Part shown: positions 32,507-40,745 of the stretch, piece by piece | Layout of the letters: the number at the start of each line of letters is the position of its first letter | How positions within the stretch are numbered: the first letter of the stretch is position 1 | Assembly (NCBI GenBank): GCA_000708835.1 | Contig: DF237657.1 | Span: forward strand, 1-43,476 | DNA: 43,476 nucleotides | From: Klebsormidium nitens | Lineage: Eukaryota > Plantae > Klebsormidiophyceae | Direction of reading: 5' to 3' | Translations under genes and position numbers: made by a program | The notes under the pieces: model-generated | Databases searched by the model: none | Told to the model about the DNA's origin: nothing | What the model saw: only the letters and a program-made list of their open reading frames with translations

Positions 32507-33424
32507 TCAACGGTCAACCACCTGAAAGGTGGGGATTTCGGTCGCTCTCTCGTCCACCTTGTCATCTAGCAGCTCCAAAAACGAGCGCTTCCCCGCGCTT
32601 GTCCTCTCCTTCTTGGCATTCTCTTGCTCCCACAATGGCGTACGTCCTTGATTGCTCAAGACAGCGGGGCTCTCTGTGACGGCCCCGATGACAAAAGCAA
32701 ACGCCTGTGCAATCTCCTCCAGCCTTTTCGCACCCGTTATTATGATGCTCCCACTCTTGAACGCCAGAATGGTCGCGCCCGCAAACTTGATGTTGCAGCC
32801 GGCAAAATGATCCGGCTCGTAAAGGCCAAAGACGCCGTACCTCTCCATGACAACATCCCTCAGCGCCTCCAAGTTGATGGGTGCGTTGAGACGGAAATCC
32901 GTGTTCAGCATCTGGACTTTGGCTGACTGGATCTTGACTAGCTTGTCCACCTGTGTGCAATCAGGACGGAGGGCCCTGATTGTGCGCAGGACAACCTTGA
33001 GTGTACAAACGGCCTCCCAGGCACTCCTTGCGCCAGTCAGGTGGAACTTTCCGTTGGCAAACACCTTGCAATTCTTCCGGGTGGTGCCGACCTTCCCAGG
33101 GGTGTAGCGGAAAGACACCTGATTGGTAAACTTTGCCTGCTTCGAGGCCGTTGCGATCATCGAGATTGACCCTAAAGCCGGCTCCGCAGCAACTCTGTCC
33201 GTGATGGCGGACGCCTGCTGAAGCTTCTTGATGTCGATCCCGGAGTCCGTCTGGAAGATGACTGTCATGGTGGACAGGTCTGGCAGGGTGGCAGGCGGCC
33301 CTTCAAGGCCTTTGCGCTGGAGCGTTGCGGCCATTGAGGCCGATGCTGCCCTCACTTCTGCCTTCCACGAATCCACAAAGCTTCTGACAGCCGCTGACCG
33401 AGTGTCCAACACGGGCCCATCCAT
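32507..33424 (-). CDS. TBP: TATA-binding-protein homolog
   Basis: Two TBP repeats: KVFANGKFHLTGA and YEPDHFAGC...ILAFKSGSIIITGAK. Confidence 0.92.
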   Translation of the reverse strand: MDGPVLDTRSAAVRSFVDSWKAEVRAASASMAATLQRKGLEGPPATLPDLSTMTVIFQTDSGIDIKKLQQASAITDRVAAEPALGSISMIATASKQAKFTNQVSFRYTPGKVGTTRKNCKVFANGKFHLTGARSAWEAVCTLKVVLRTIRALRPDCTQVDKLVKIQSAKVQMLNTDFRLNAPINLEALRDVVMERYGVFGLYEPDHFAGCNIKFAGATILAFKSGSIIITGAKRLEEIAQAFAFVIGAVTESPAVLSNQGRTPLWEQENAKKERTSAGKRSFLELLDDKVDERATEIPTFQVVDR

Positions 33425-33467
33425 GCCTTGCCTTCCCACGACCTTTTTTCAGAAGCTAACAGTAAGA

Positions 33468-33836
33468 ATGCAAGCGGTCCACTGGCTGATTGCTGCTGCC
33501 GCGGTCGTCCTCGTGCTTGTAGCCTTCAAGCGAGCACGCAGGCCTCACGCCAGATATTCCTTCACCTTTTACACCCTCCCAGGATGCAAGTACTGCAGGG
33601 AGGCGATGCCTGCATGGGGAGAGTTGCAGAGGGTTTACAGGGGCCCGGCTTTGCTCAAGGAAGTGAACGCATTGCAAGCAAAGCAGGAAGTGAACGAGCT
33701 GGGGATAGATGGCTTCCCTGCGTACGTCCTGTTTGACAGCAATACCGGCTATGCGTACAAGTACGAAGGCGCAAGGACAGCTCGCGCACTCTCACAGTTC
33801 CTAGCAGAGAAGTCCGCTGAAAAAAGGCTTATGTAA
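33468..33836 (+). CDS. Thioredoxin-like protein with N-terminal membrane anchor
   Basis: CKYC active site; IDGFP cis-Pro motif. Confidence 0.85.
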   Translation: MQAVHWLIAAAAVVLVLVAFKRARRPHARYSFTFYTLPGCKYCREAMPAWGELQRVYRGPALLKEVNALQAKQEVNELGIDGFPAYVLFDSNTGYAYKYEGARTARALSQFLAEKSAEKRLM

Positions 33837-33845
33837 AGTAGAGTC

Positions 33846-34394
33846 ATGACTATCCTGCTTGAAGGGGCTGCATGGGCTGGGTCAGCCATCCTCCTGTACC
33901 TCGCTCTCAAGCCTGAGGTGGCCAAGAGCAGGTCAGGGATGTCCTACATCAAGGGGCCCCACGCCCAGGAGTTTATGCTGCTTGTGAATACAGACATAGA
34001 TCGCCTCCTGGAATGGCTCAGAAGCCACCCTGAGCTGCTAGCTGACCGACGGTGGCAAAGGCTCGTCAAACGCTACAAGACAAAGATGCGCCCAATTGCA
34101 GAGGGGGAGGGCGGGGCAGCTTACACTCGAAACAAGTCGGACGTGAGGCTGTGCGTCCCAGAGTCGCTCGAGGAGCGAGACGTCCAGACCGCGTTGTTTG
34201 TCGCCCTCCACGAGCTGGCTCACATCGCCAACGTGAGTTGGGGTCACGACCAGAGCTTCTGGGACACCTTCAGGGACCTGCTCCGGCTTGCCGTGCGAGC
34301 AAAGATTTACAAGAGACGCAACTACAGGAATGACCCAGCTCGGTATTGTGGCCAAGATATTATGAGCCAACCCCTCGATTGGAAGGTCTCTTAA
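33846..34394 (+). CDS. WLM-like zinc metallopeptidase
   Basis: FVALHELAH...GHDQSFW (HExxH...H). Confidence 0.85.
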   Translation: MTILLEGAAWAGSAILLYLALKPEVAKSRSGMSYIKGPHAQEFMLLVNTDIDRLLEWLRSHPELLADRRWQRLVKRYKTKMRPIAEGEGGAAYTRNKSDVRLCVPESLEERDVQTALFVALHELAHIANVSWGHDQSFWDTFRDLLRLAVRAKIYKRRNYRNDPARYCGQDIMSQPLDWKVS

Positions 34395-34571
34395 GCCCCT
34401 TGTAGCAGCCAGCGGGTGCCATCAATGCGCTACAGGTGCCATGTGAGCCCGCTCAACGCCACTCTGAGGGCTCACGCCTTGACCAGAGCAACGTAGTACT
34501 TCTCCACCTCGAGGAGCGCTGGCTCCGACTTCGACCTTCCGGATGCTGGAGGGCTCTGGAACGCCCTCGTG

Positions 34572-35181
34572 TTATCCCCGTCTTTCACCACTAAAGTCCG
34601 CTTCGTTATGTGTGCAAGGACAAAGAGGAATCCTCTGGTGTCCACTCATGTCCACGAGTTCACTCATCCGTGAGCGACGTCTGCGTCTCCTGCTTCGGTT
34701 GTCTCTGGTGCCTTGACTCACATGTTGGTCGTTGGCAGTCCCTCCATCTCCGAAATCTATGGGCTGGTTGTCCGAGTGATTGTGCGTGCCTGGCAATCGA
34801 CTTGGACCAGCTCCAGAACTTAACCCTGTGACGTGAGGCCCACTGTCTGCGGCTTTCTGCTTTCCTTTCTGAGCACGGGTGCTTCGAGTGGCACCGATGA
34901 TAAAATTCCGGTAGCCCCTTTTCTCAAGCTGGCGTGCAAGGCCTGCATCATCATACAAGTCCCGAATGTAGTTCACCATGCTTACGTCTGGGTGTAAAGT
35001 TGCTCTTCCTTACGTACTTGGCAAGCATCCGGCTCTTTGCAAGCGTTTTTCGCAGGAAAGGTTGAAGCAGAGGTCTTATAACTCCGTACACCCCTCGTTG
35101 CAGGCTGGTGTTTGGGTAGCCGGCGTCCACAAAAGACTGCCTGGTATACTTGTTCAGAGTTGCATCAGTGACTGCTGCCAT
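34572..35181 (-). pseudogene. Diverged histone H3-like fold with a long basic C-terminal extension; frameshift at about 34989
   Basis: TLNKYTRQSF...SLQRGVYGVIR...FL...RKSNFTPxDVSMVNYIR aligns with H3 PFQRLVREIA...RFQSSAVMALQ...YL...KRVTIMPKDIQLARRIR if 2 nt are restored. Confidence 0.6.
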
Positions 35182-35204
35182 TCTTTATCTGTTTTATATT
35201 CAAG

Positions 35205-35438
35205 ATGGATGAAATAAATCCGAGGAAGGGTCCCTCCAAAAGGTGCATTCAGGCCTTGCTTGGGACCAGATTGAAACCGTCACAGTTCCAGGCAATGCGA
35301 GAAACCTTCAACTTGATCCTCGAGAAGACCTTTGAGGTTGCACAGGCAGAGGCTCGCCACAGGCATCAGGTAGGAGCCATAAAGATCTTCCCTCAAGACG
35401 TCCGAGGGGCGCTCAGAGACCTTGCAATCGGAAGGTGA
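35205..35438 (+). CDS. Diverged, tailless histone H4-like protein
   Basis: GPSKRCIQAL...FQAMRETFNLILEKTFEVA...IFPQDVRGALR versus H4 GITKPAIRRL...YEETRGVLKVFLENVIRDA...VTAMDVVYALK. Confidence 0.6.
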   Translation: MDEINPRKGPSKRCIQALLGTRLKPSQFQAMRETFNLILEKTFEVAQAEARHRHQVGAIKIFPQDVRGALRDLAIGR

Positions 35439-35478
35439 TTGCTTAGGGCCAAGCGCACAGGCAGATGGGCAGCACCTC

Positions 35479-36147
35479 ATGGCCAGCGCAATCTCCCCAC
35501 GGGTTGTCCGGCTTCTCGAGAGACAGAGGCACAAGACCCCGTACCAGCAGCACCTCGCGAAGCTGGCACCTGGAGGGCGGGGCCTCACGCCCAGCCCGAT
35601 GCCAAACATTGAAGCAGCCCGGCACGGCCTGCGCTATGAACGAGAGGCTATAGAGAGATTCCAACAGATAACGGGCATTAGGGTCCTTGATGTCGGCCAT
35701 GTGGTTCACGAGCGCTTCGATTGGCTCTCTTGTGTTCCCGACGGAATCACCGTTGATGGCAGGGTGGCCGAGATAAAGTGCCCATACTACCGCCGGATCG
35801 TACCAGGGATCCCCAGCCACTGTGTGAAGCAGCTTCAGATTGCAATGGAGGTCACGGACCTCGACGAGGCTATCCTCGTGCAGTACAAACCAGCCAGTGT
35901 CTTTGGAGCCGAGGAGATTATGATTTCGACCCTGGCTCGGGACAGGACTTGGATCCACAGGAACTGGGACAGCCTGCACAAGAAGGTTGGCCGCCGTCGT
36001 TTCCGGCCGCGGCCTGATATGGATGACATTTTCGTACCTGTGACCAAAGCACCATGGCATCCAACACATCCTCAAGTAAACCAAAGTCCACACGATGGAG
36101 CGATATGGTTGACTCCCCCCCAGGACCCATCGACCCGAAGATCCTAA
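35479..36147 (+). CDS. YqaJ-like (lambda exonuclease family) viral recombinase/nuclease, apparently lacking motif I
   Basis: HGLRYEREA, SCVPDGIT..G...EIKCP, QLQIAMEV. Confidence 0.85.
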   Translation: MASAISPRVVRLLERQRHKTPYQQHLAKLAPGGRGLTPSPMPNIEAARHGLRYEREAIERFQQITGIRVLDVGHVVHERFDWLSCVPDGITVDGRVAEIKCPYYRRIVPGIPSHCVKQLQIAMEVTDLDEAILVQYKPASVFGAEEIMISTLARDRTWIHRNWDSLHKKVGRRRFRPRPDMDDIFVPVTKAPWHPTHPQVNQSPHDGAIWLTPPQDPSTRRS

Positions 36148-36275
36148 AGGGGCTACAATACAGCTTTGGGAAGCCCCTGACGGAGGAGGAGTTCAAGGCT
36201 CAGCAGGCCAAGGGAGGGGCACGAGTAGCAAAGAGCTTGGACCTGCGGGACATTATGCGCAAAGGTGGTGATTAG
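36054..36275 (+). CDS. Small hypothetical protein
   Basis: 73-aa ATG ORF overlapping the YqaJ tail. Confidence 0.4.
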   Translation: MASNTSSSKPKSTRWSDMVDSPPGPIDPKILKGLQYSFGKPLTEEEFKAQQAKGGARVAKSLDLRDIMRKGGD

Positions 36276-36327
36276 GCACGCACGGGCTTACGGTCAAGGC
36301 TCTTTTTCTGGCACTCTACTTTCATCA

Positions 36328-36858
36328 ATGGCAGGGGAACCGCCACTCCGTCTCTTTGCAAGGCAGCAGTTTTCGAAGCTCTTTGATCAACCTCCAGAGT
36401 CCGGCATGGTCATCAACGCCGAGGTAGGGGTGTACAACGCTGCGGTCAAGGGCTGCAGCAGCCAGTTTGGGGCGAGGGCATGCACTTGGGCCGATCCCCG
36501 CTTCAAGAGCAAGTACAAAGAGAAGCTCCGGTCTCTCCTCTTCAACCTCAGAAACCCAAAGAACCCAGCTTTCCTCGATAGAGTGAGATCAAAGGAGATA
36601 GGGTGTAGGCACCTCGCTTCCTTGACCCCAGAGGATATGTTCCCGGAAAATTGGGCCAGTCTCAAGGCGAAACTTGCGAAGAAGCACGTCTTTTCTGCCG
36701 ACCTTCTGGATGACGTCCCCGACAACCCGTTGCACGCTTGCAGCCACTGCAAGTCCAGGAAGATTACTACGTACGAACTCCAGACTCTAGCAGCAGACCA
36801 GTCTACCACGACGTACCTGCTCTGTCAATCCTGTTCCCATTGTTGGAAGATTGTCTAA
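36328..36858 (+). CDS. TFIIS: Transcription elongation factor TFIIS homolog with an altered acidic hairpin (QTLAADQS)
   Basis: Central domain KYKEKLRSLLFNL..PKNP.F and C-terminal CxxC...QT..AD..TT...CxxC..W ribbon. Confidence 0.9.
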   Translation: MAGEPPLRLFARQQFSKLFDQPPESGMVINAEVGVYNAAVKGCSSQFGARACTWADPRFKSKYKEKLRSLLFNLRNPKNPAFLDRVRSKEIGCRHLASLTPEDMFPENWASLKAKLAKKHVFSADLLDDVPDNPLHACSHCKSRKITTYELQTLAADQSTTTYLLCQSCSHCWKIV

Positions 36859-37277
36859 CTCTGCAGCTTGTTTATCATATTCCGATGGTTTGCATTTGCT
36901 TCATTATGAGCTTGCCTTGCATGGTTCGCCACGTGGTCAACTACCTTTGCCGGAGCACCCGCGTTAGAGGCATTGATTGCGGCATCGAGGGACAGTCTGG
37001 CCGCGTTCTTACTTGCCTCCAGAGATGCAATGGATGCCTGGACCGCCTGCTCGTGGTCTCCGTTCTGCAGAGCGTCCTGTGCAATATCATGCATGGCGGT
37101 TGCTGCATGCATCTCATCCACTGCCCCAGTCGCACTGCCAACGGCCTTGGACGCGGATATGTGGTCCAAGGCCGTCCGGGCGGCTGTGTTTGCTATGCTC
37201 GCTATCTCGATTGCATGCTTTGCACTCTTGCGGGCGCTCTGAACGGCTTGAGAAGCAGCCGCGCGAATGAAGTCCAT
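36855..37277 (-). CDS. Ala-rich helical hypothetical protein
   Basis: 140-aa ATG ORF with strongly biased helical composition. Confidence 0.6.
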   Translation of the reverse strand: MDFIRAAASQAVQSARKSAKHAIEIASIANTAARTALDHISASKAVGSATGAVDEMHAATAMHDIAQDALQNGDHEQAVQASIASLEASKNAARLSLDAAINASNAGAPAKVVDHVANHARQAHNEANANHRNMINKLQS

Positions 37278-37442
37278 TGAGTATAGTGCATGTCAATGAA
37301 AAATTTCTCAGGCTCTGGGGTTGATAGACTTTCTCATGCAAGGCAGATGGACTGGGCTGGGCTGGTAGAGTTGCGTCGTACGCACAAGCATGGCATGTAG
37401 TGAGTGAAGGCTCACCGAACGCGGTGATCTTTGCAACGTCGT

Positions 37443-37964
37443 CTAACACTTCTTCAGAACACAGTCTGTGGGCACCCACTGCTTCTTAGTCCCCCCATCG
37501 TACAATTTGCAGTAGCCTTCCTTGACACATATCGATTGGATTGTCTCTGTATCATCCGGGCTGTAATAAAGATTTGCGAGTAACCGGCCATACTTGTCGA
37601 AATCCAATGCATGCAGCCAGATGATTGAGACATTCTCCTTGAGGAGTCTTACAATGTCCTTTTTGATGTAAGTGCCATCCACTTCGAAAACGCCCGGTGC
37701 AATCAAGGATAGCATGCGATTCCGGGCTTTGATTGCCCACTCTTGCACACTCTTGTCCCTGCTCTTCATCTCTGGGCTGTCAATGCCCATGACCCGCACG
37801 ATAATCTTGTGCACGTCATCCTTTTGAAAGGGAAACACAACCTTCAGTGTATCACAATCGTACAATTCTACTACACGACACCATGTCTTTAGACCAGCCA
37901 ATGAGAAGAGCTTTGTGCTGCTGTCATACTTGGAAAGGAGGTCTGTTGCCTCCTCTTGATTCAT
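37443..37964 (-). CDS. SNase-like (thermonuclease) nuclease
   Basis: YDCDT (canonical YDGDT), RVMGIDSPE, FDKYGRLLA. Confidence 0.88.
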   Translation of the reverse strand: MNQEEATDLLSKYDSSTKLFSLAGLKTWCRVVELYDCDTLKVVFPFQKDDVHKIIVRVMGIDSPEMKSRDKSVQEWAIKARNRMLSLIAPGVFEVDGTYIKKDIVRLLKENVSIIWLHALDFDKYGRLLANLYYSPDDTETIQSICVKEGYCKLYDGGTKKQWVPTDCVLKKC

Positions 37965-38015
37965 TCTTATGTTTGTGGAAAAAAGCTCAGGAGAACACTT
38001 CTGCCAGGGAGCCGA

Positions 38016-38960
38016 CTAAAAACACTTATTCTGATAAGTCAACTCAACACCGTATCGTTCGAAGACGCGTCTTGCTTTCTTTAACTGCTCTTTTTCATCA
38101 ACATCTTCATCCAGAATCAAATGAACTCTCTTTTTGTGCTGAGGGAACGACTCTGCATAACCAAGCACCTGTCCTAGTGCGTGCAAGTAATTACTGCTTC
38201 GTTTCACCTCTATGATCTTACTCTGAGTGAGCACATCAACCCTACCGTATTCACAGGCTACCTCTACCTGGCCTCCCTCCTTTTCAGCGAGTTGGTCTCT
38301 GATGGTTGCCTCTATCGTGTCAGCCCCTTTTCGTGGTTGTAGATGTGCCAAGGAATACTTGTAGTCCTCACTAATCTGTTGAATGAGCCCACGGGCTTGC
38401 TCAATCCATTTGCTGACCTTGACCTCAAAGTCAGCACTTATCCACATTGCCAGATGCGTGGCAAGTCTTGGGTGTACAAACGTTCCTCTCTGGCAATTTG
38501 GCCCACTTCTAATAGAATCAATCAAGGCTACATCAGGTAGCTCCTCTGACAGGATTGCAAAACAGTCTTTGAATGCTTGAGATGAGTTGTAATGGTTCCA
38601 GGTCTTTCCTGCAGAGTGGCACATCTGCGTTGCTGACACGTACCCATCACTCAGACGCATCTCTGTGATCATGTTCCCATCATCCCCCCTCAAAGCATCC
38701 ACAAACCCCCTTGCTTGCTCCATTTCTTCGTCGGTAGGTGCTGCCGCTTCCTTGGAGGCTTGGAAGCAAGCCATGTCCACCTCTCGAAGGTCATCTTCAA
38801 ACTTCCAGATGAAGCCATCTCTCAGGGCAAGCTTGGAGGCAGCCAGTGCCAAGCTGGCTGCAGGAACACCTGTAGCCGTCGCGGCATCCCGCTTTGTCGA
38901 GTACCTGGTGACGGAGCCGTTCGACGAGATTGCAAGCAGGGGTCTTGACGGTGGCGCCAT
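38016..38960 (-). CDS. NUMOD1-like + KilA-N + PD-(D/E)xK nuclease fusion
   Basis: YSTKRDAATATGV...GFIWKF; DGYVSATQMC...GTFVHPRLATHLAMWISADF; GRVDVLT...IIEVK...ALGQVLGY. Confidence 0.82.
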   Translation of the reverse strand: MAPPSRPLLAISSNGSVTRYSTKRDAATATGVPAASLALAASKLALRDGFIWKFEDDLREVDMACFQASKEAAAPTDEEMEQARGFVDALRGDDGNMITEMRLSDGYVSATQMCHSAGKTWNHYNSSQAFKDCFAILSEELPDVALIDSIRSGPNCQRGTFVHPRLATHLAMWISADFEVKVSKWIEQARGLIQQISEDYKYSLAHLQPRKGADTIEATIRDQLAEKEGGQVEVACEYGRVDVLTQSKIIEVKRSSNYLHALGQVLGYAESFPQHKKRVHLILDEDVDEKEQLKKARRVFERYGVELTYQNKCF

Positions 38961-39259
38961 CTTGTTGAGCTTGTGGGATTGACTTGTTTGCAAGGACTTC
39001 CTTTTCTGAAGGACGTGCTTGTGAAAGGATCCAACTTTATACTCATCCAATTGGTGCTGGACCTTTCGTGATGTGCCTGGCAGCACTTGGCGGAAAGTGT
39101 GTGACAAATCACAGGACCGCGCCAGAATGCGCCAACTGCTGTCCCATGGCGCCACCATCAAAGCCATATAAAAGGCATTTCTGGGGCTGCTAATCTTCAT
39201 TTCAAGGGTAGCACTTTGAATGTCGAGCAAGCACTTGGGGTAAGACCAGAGGTCAAAAG

Positions 39260-39682
39260 TTTCAGTTTTCCTCCAAGGGACCTTGCATACATACATATCA
39301 GCAAGCCTCCGGAAAAGTCAGAACTCTCATACTACAATCTGTTATACTTTTTTTCTTCTCCAGGGAAGGAATTATAACAGATTAGCAGTACAGAGTTTCT
39401 CATTGGGTTCCCAAGTGCCAATATGTATGTAAGTAAGGACATACCTCCAAAAGATGCTAATATTGTAATTGACTTTTTGGAGAAGAGAATATAACAGATT
39501 AGTAGTACAGAGTTTTCTCTTTGGTTTCCAATTGCTGATATGTATGTATGTAAGGACATACCTCCAAAAGATGCTAATATTGTAATTGACTTTTTGGAGA
39601 AGAAAATATAACAGATTAGTAGTACAGAGTTTTCTCTTTGGTTTCCAATTGCTGATATGTATGTATGTAAGGTCATACCCAG
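39260..39682 (-). repeat. Repeat element copy 2: 117-bp tandem units with 24-bp inverted terminal motifs
   Basis: ATAACAGATTAG at 39374, 39491 and 39608; GACCTTGCATACATACATATCAGC mirrors GCTGATATGTATGTATGTAAGGTC with one mismatch. Confidence 0.9.
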
Positions 39683-39745
39683 AAATATGCCGCAAAGAAT
39701 CCCCTCAGTAAAACCCAAGCAAGGCGAAACGCCCCTTCTGGTAGC

Positions 39746-40387
39746 TCAGCTCAGCGAATTCCGGCGAGCCAGAGCAGACCGCAGCTCAGCCTGGAGATTA
39801 TCCCTGCACTTGGAGACTGACAGCGTATGCACCCACCTTGCCAGCTCATCTGCATGCACCTCGGCAGCCACGCGGACCCTGTCCGAACAAAAGTAGCGTT
39901 TGATTTCAACATGCCGGACAGATACGGGGCTTCCACTCTCAATGAGCGCTGTGTTCATCGCTTTGAGCGTCCGCACGGCCCAAGAGACCCGTTCCGGCTC
40001 CTCGCTCAAAAGCTTTTTCGCATCACTGTACGAACTGAAGGGCGCTTTTGAGCGCAGGATCGAAGTTAACACCCGGCCATCTGCCGAATCAAAGAGTGCA
40101 GCTACAGGGTCGGGCAGTGGAAGGGACGACGTCCGTTTGAGGGGCGGAGGCGGGGGCGCAGGGGGTTGAGCAGCTACCGGCTGCTTGCGTATCTCCTCAT
40201 GCAATTTGGCAATCTGGGCCTCACACGCGAAGACTTTCTCTGCGAGTTTCTTCACTTCAAGGCGCAGATCTGCCACCTCTTGACGAGGTCTGTGAATCCT
40301 GCAGAATGCGTTCTGACCGCATTTTACGCGACAGGGCCGTGGCTTTCTCGTGAGCCTGTCAACCACCTGGTACGGGCAGCCCGCCAT
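39746..40387 (-). CDS. Hypothetical protein: N-terminal C3H finger, coiled coil, Pro-rich linker
   Basis: CPY...PCRVKCGQNAFCRIH followed by a heptad region. Confidence 0.65.
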   Translation of the reverse strand: MAGCPYQVVDRLTRKPRPCRVKCGQNAFCRIHRPRQEVADLRLEVKKLAEKVFACEAQIAKLHEEIRKQPVAAQPPAPPPPPLKRTSSLPLPDPVAALFDSADGRVLTSILRSKAPFSSYSDAKKLLSEEPERVSWAVRTLKAMNTALIESGSPVSVRHVEIKRYFCSDRVRVAAEVHADELARWVHTLSVSKCRDNLQAELRSALARRNSLS

Positions 40388-40392
40388 GTCAT

Positions 40393-40713
40393 CTACACGT
40401 CTTTTGTGAGGGCCTGGATACGCTCAAAGAATGAGAATTGAACCCCAAAGAGCATTAGTTCGAAAAACATCGATGCGACTGTACCCTCATGGTCTTTTTC
40501 GGTGTCCGGACTGTATACGACTTCCAACGATGCAATTAGAACAAAGAGAAAGAGTTGTAAAAGAGTCACAACAACTCTGGCGAGGTCAGTGTGCAACGAG
40601 GTCTTTGCAAGGCGTTTGAACATGCGATCACACGCAAAATCTAACACAACCCCCATTCCAGTGCCTGCAGCAGCATGAAGCAAGCAGTTGCCAAAAAAGG
40701 ACACTCCACCCAT
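40393..40713 (-). CDS. Small multi-pass membrane protein
   Basis: 106 aa with three hydrophobic segments. Confidence 0.6.
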   Translation of the reverse strand: MGGVSFFGNCLLHAAAGTGMGVVLDFACDRMFKRLAKTSLHTDLARVVVTLLQLFLFVLIASLEVVYSPDTEKDHEGTVASMFFELMLFGVQFSFFERIQALTKDV

Positions 40714-40745
40714 GATTGTTTGTAGTTGCTGTAGCTTTTTTACAG

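Noticed and set aside
38961-39296. N-terminal extension of the 426-aa ORF
   Set aside because: It starts inside the repeat element; domain homology begins at the Met at 38960.
3002-39682. CRISPR-like arrays
   Set aside because: The repeats are contiguous tandem units without unique spacers, and there are no cas genes.
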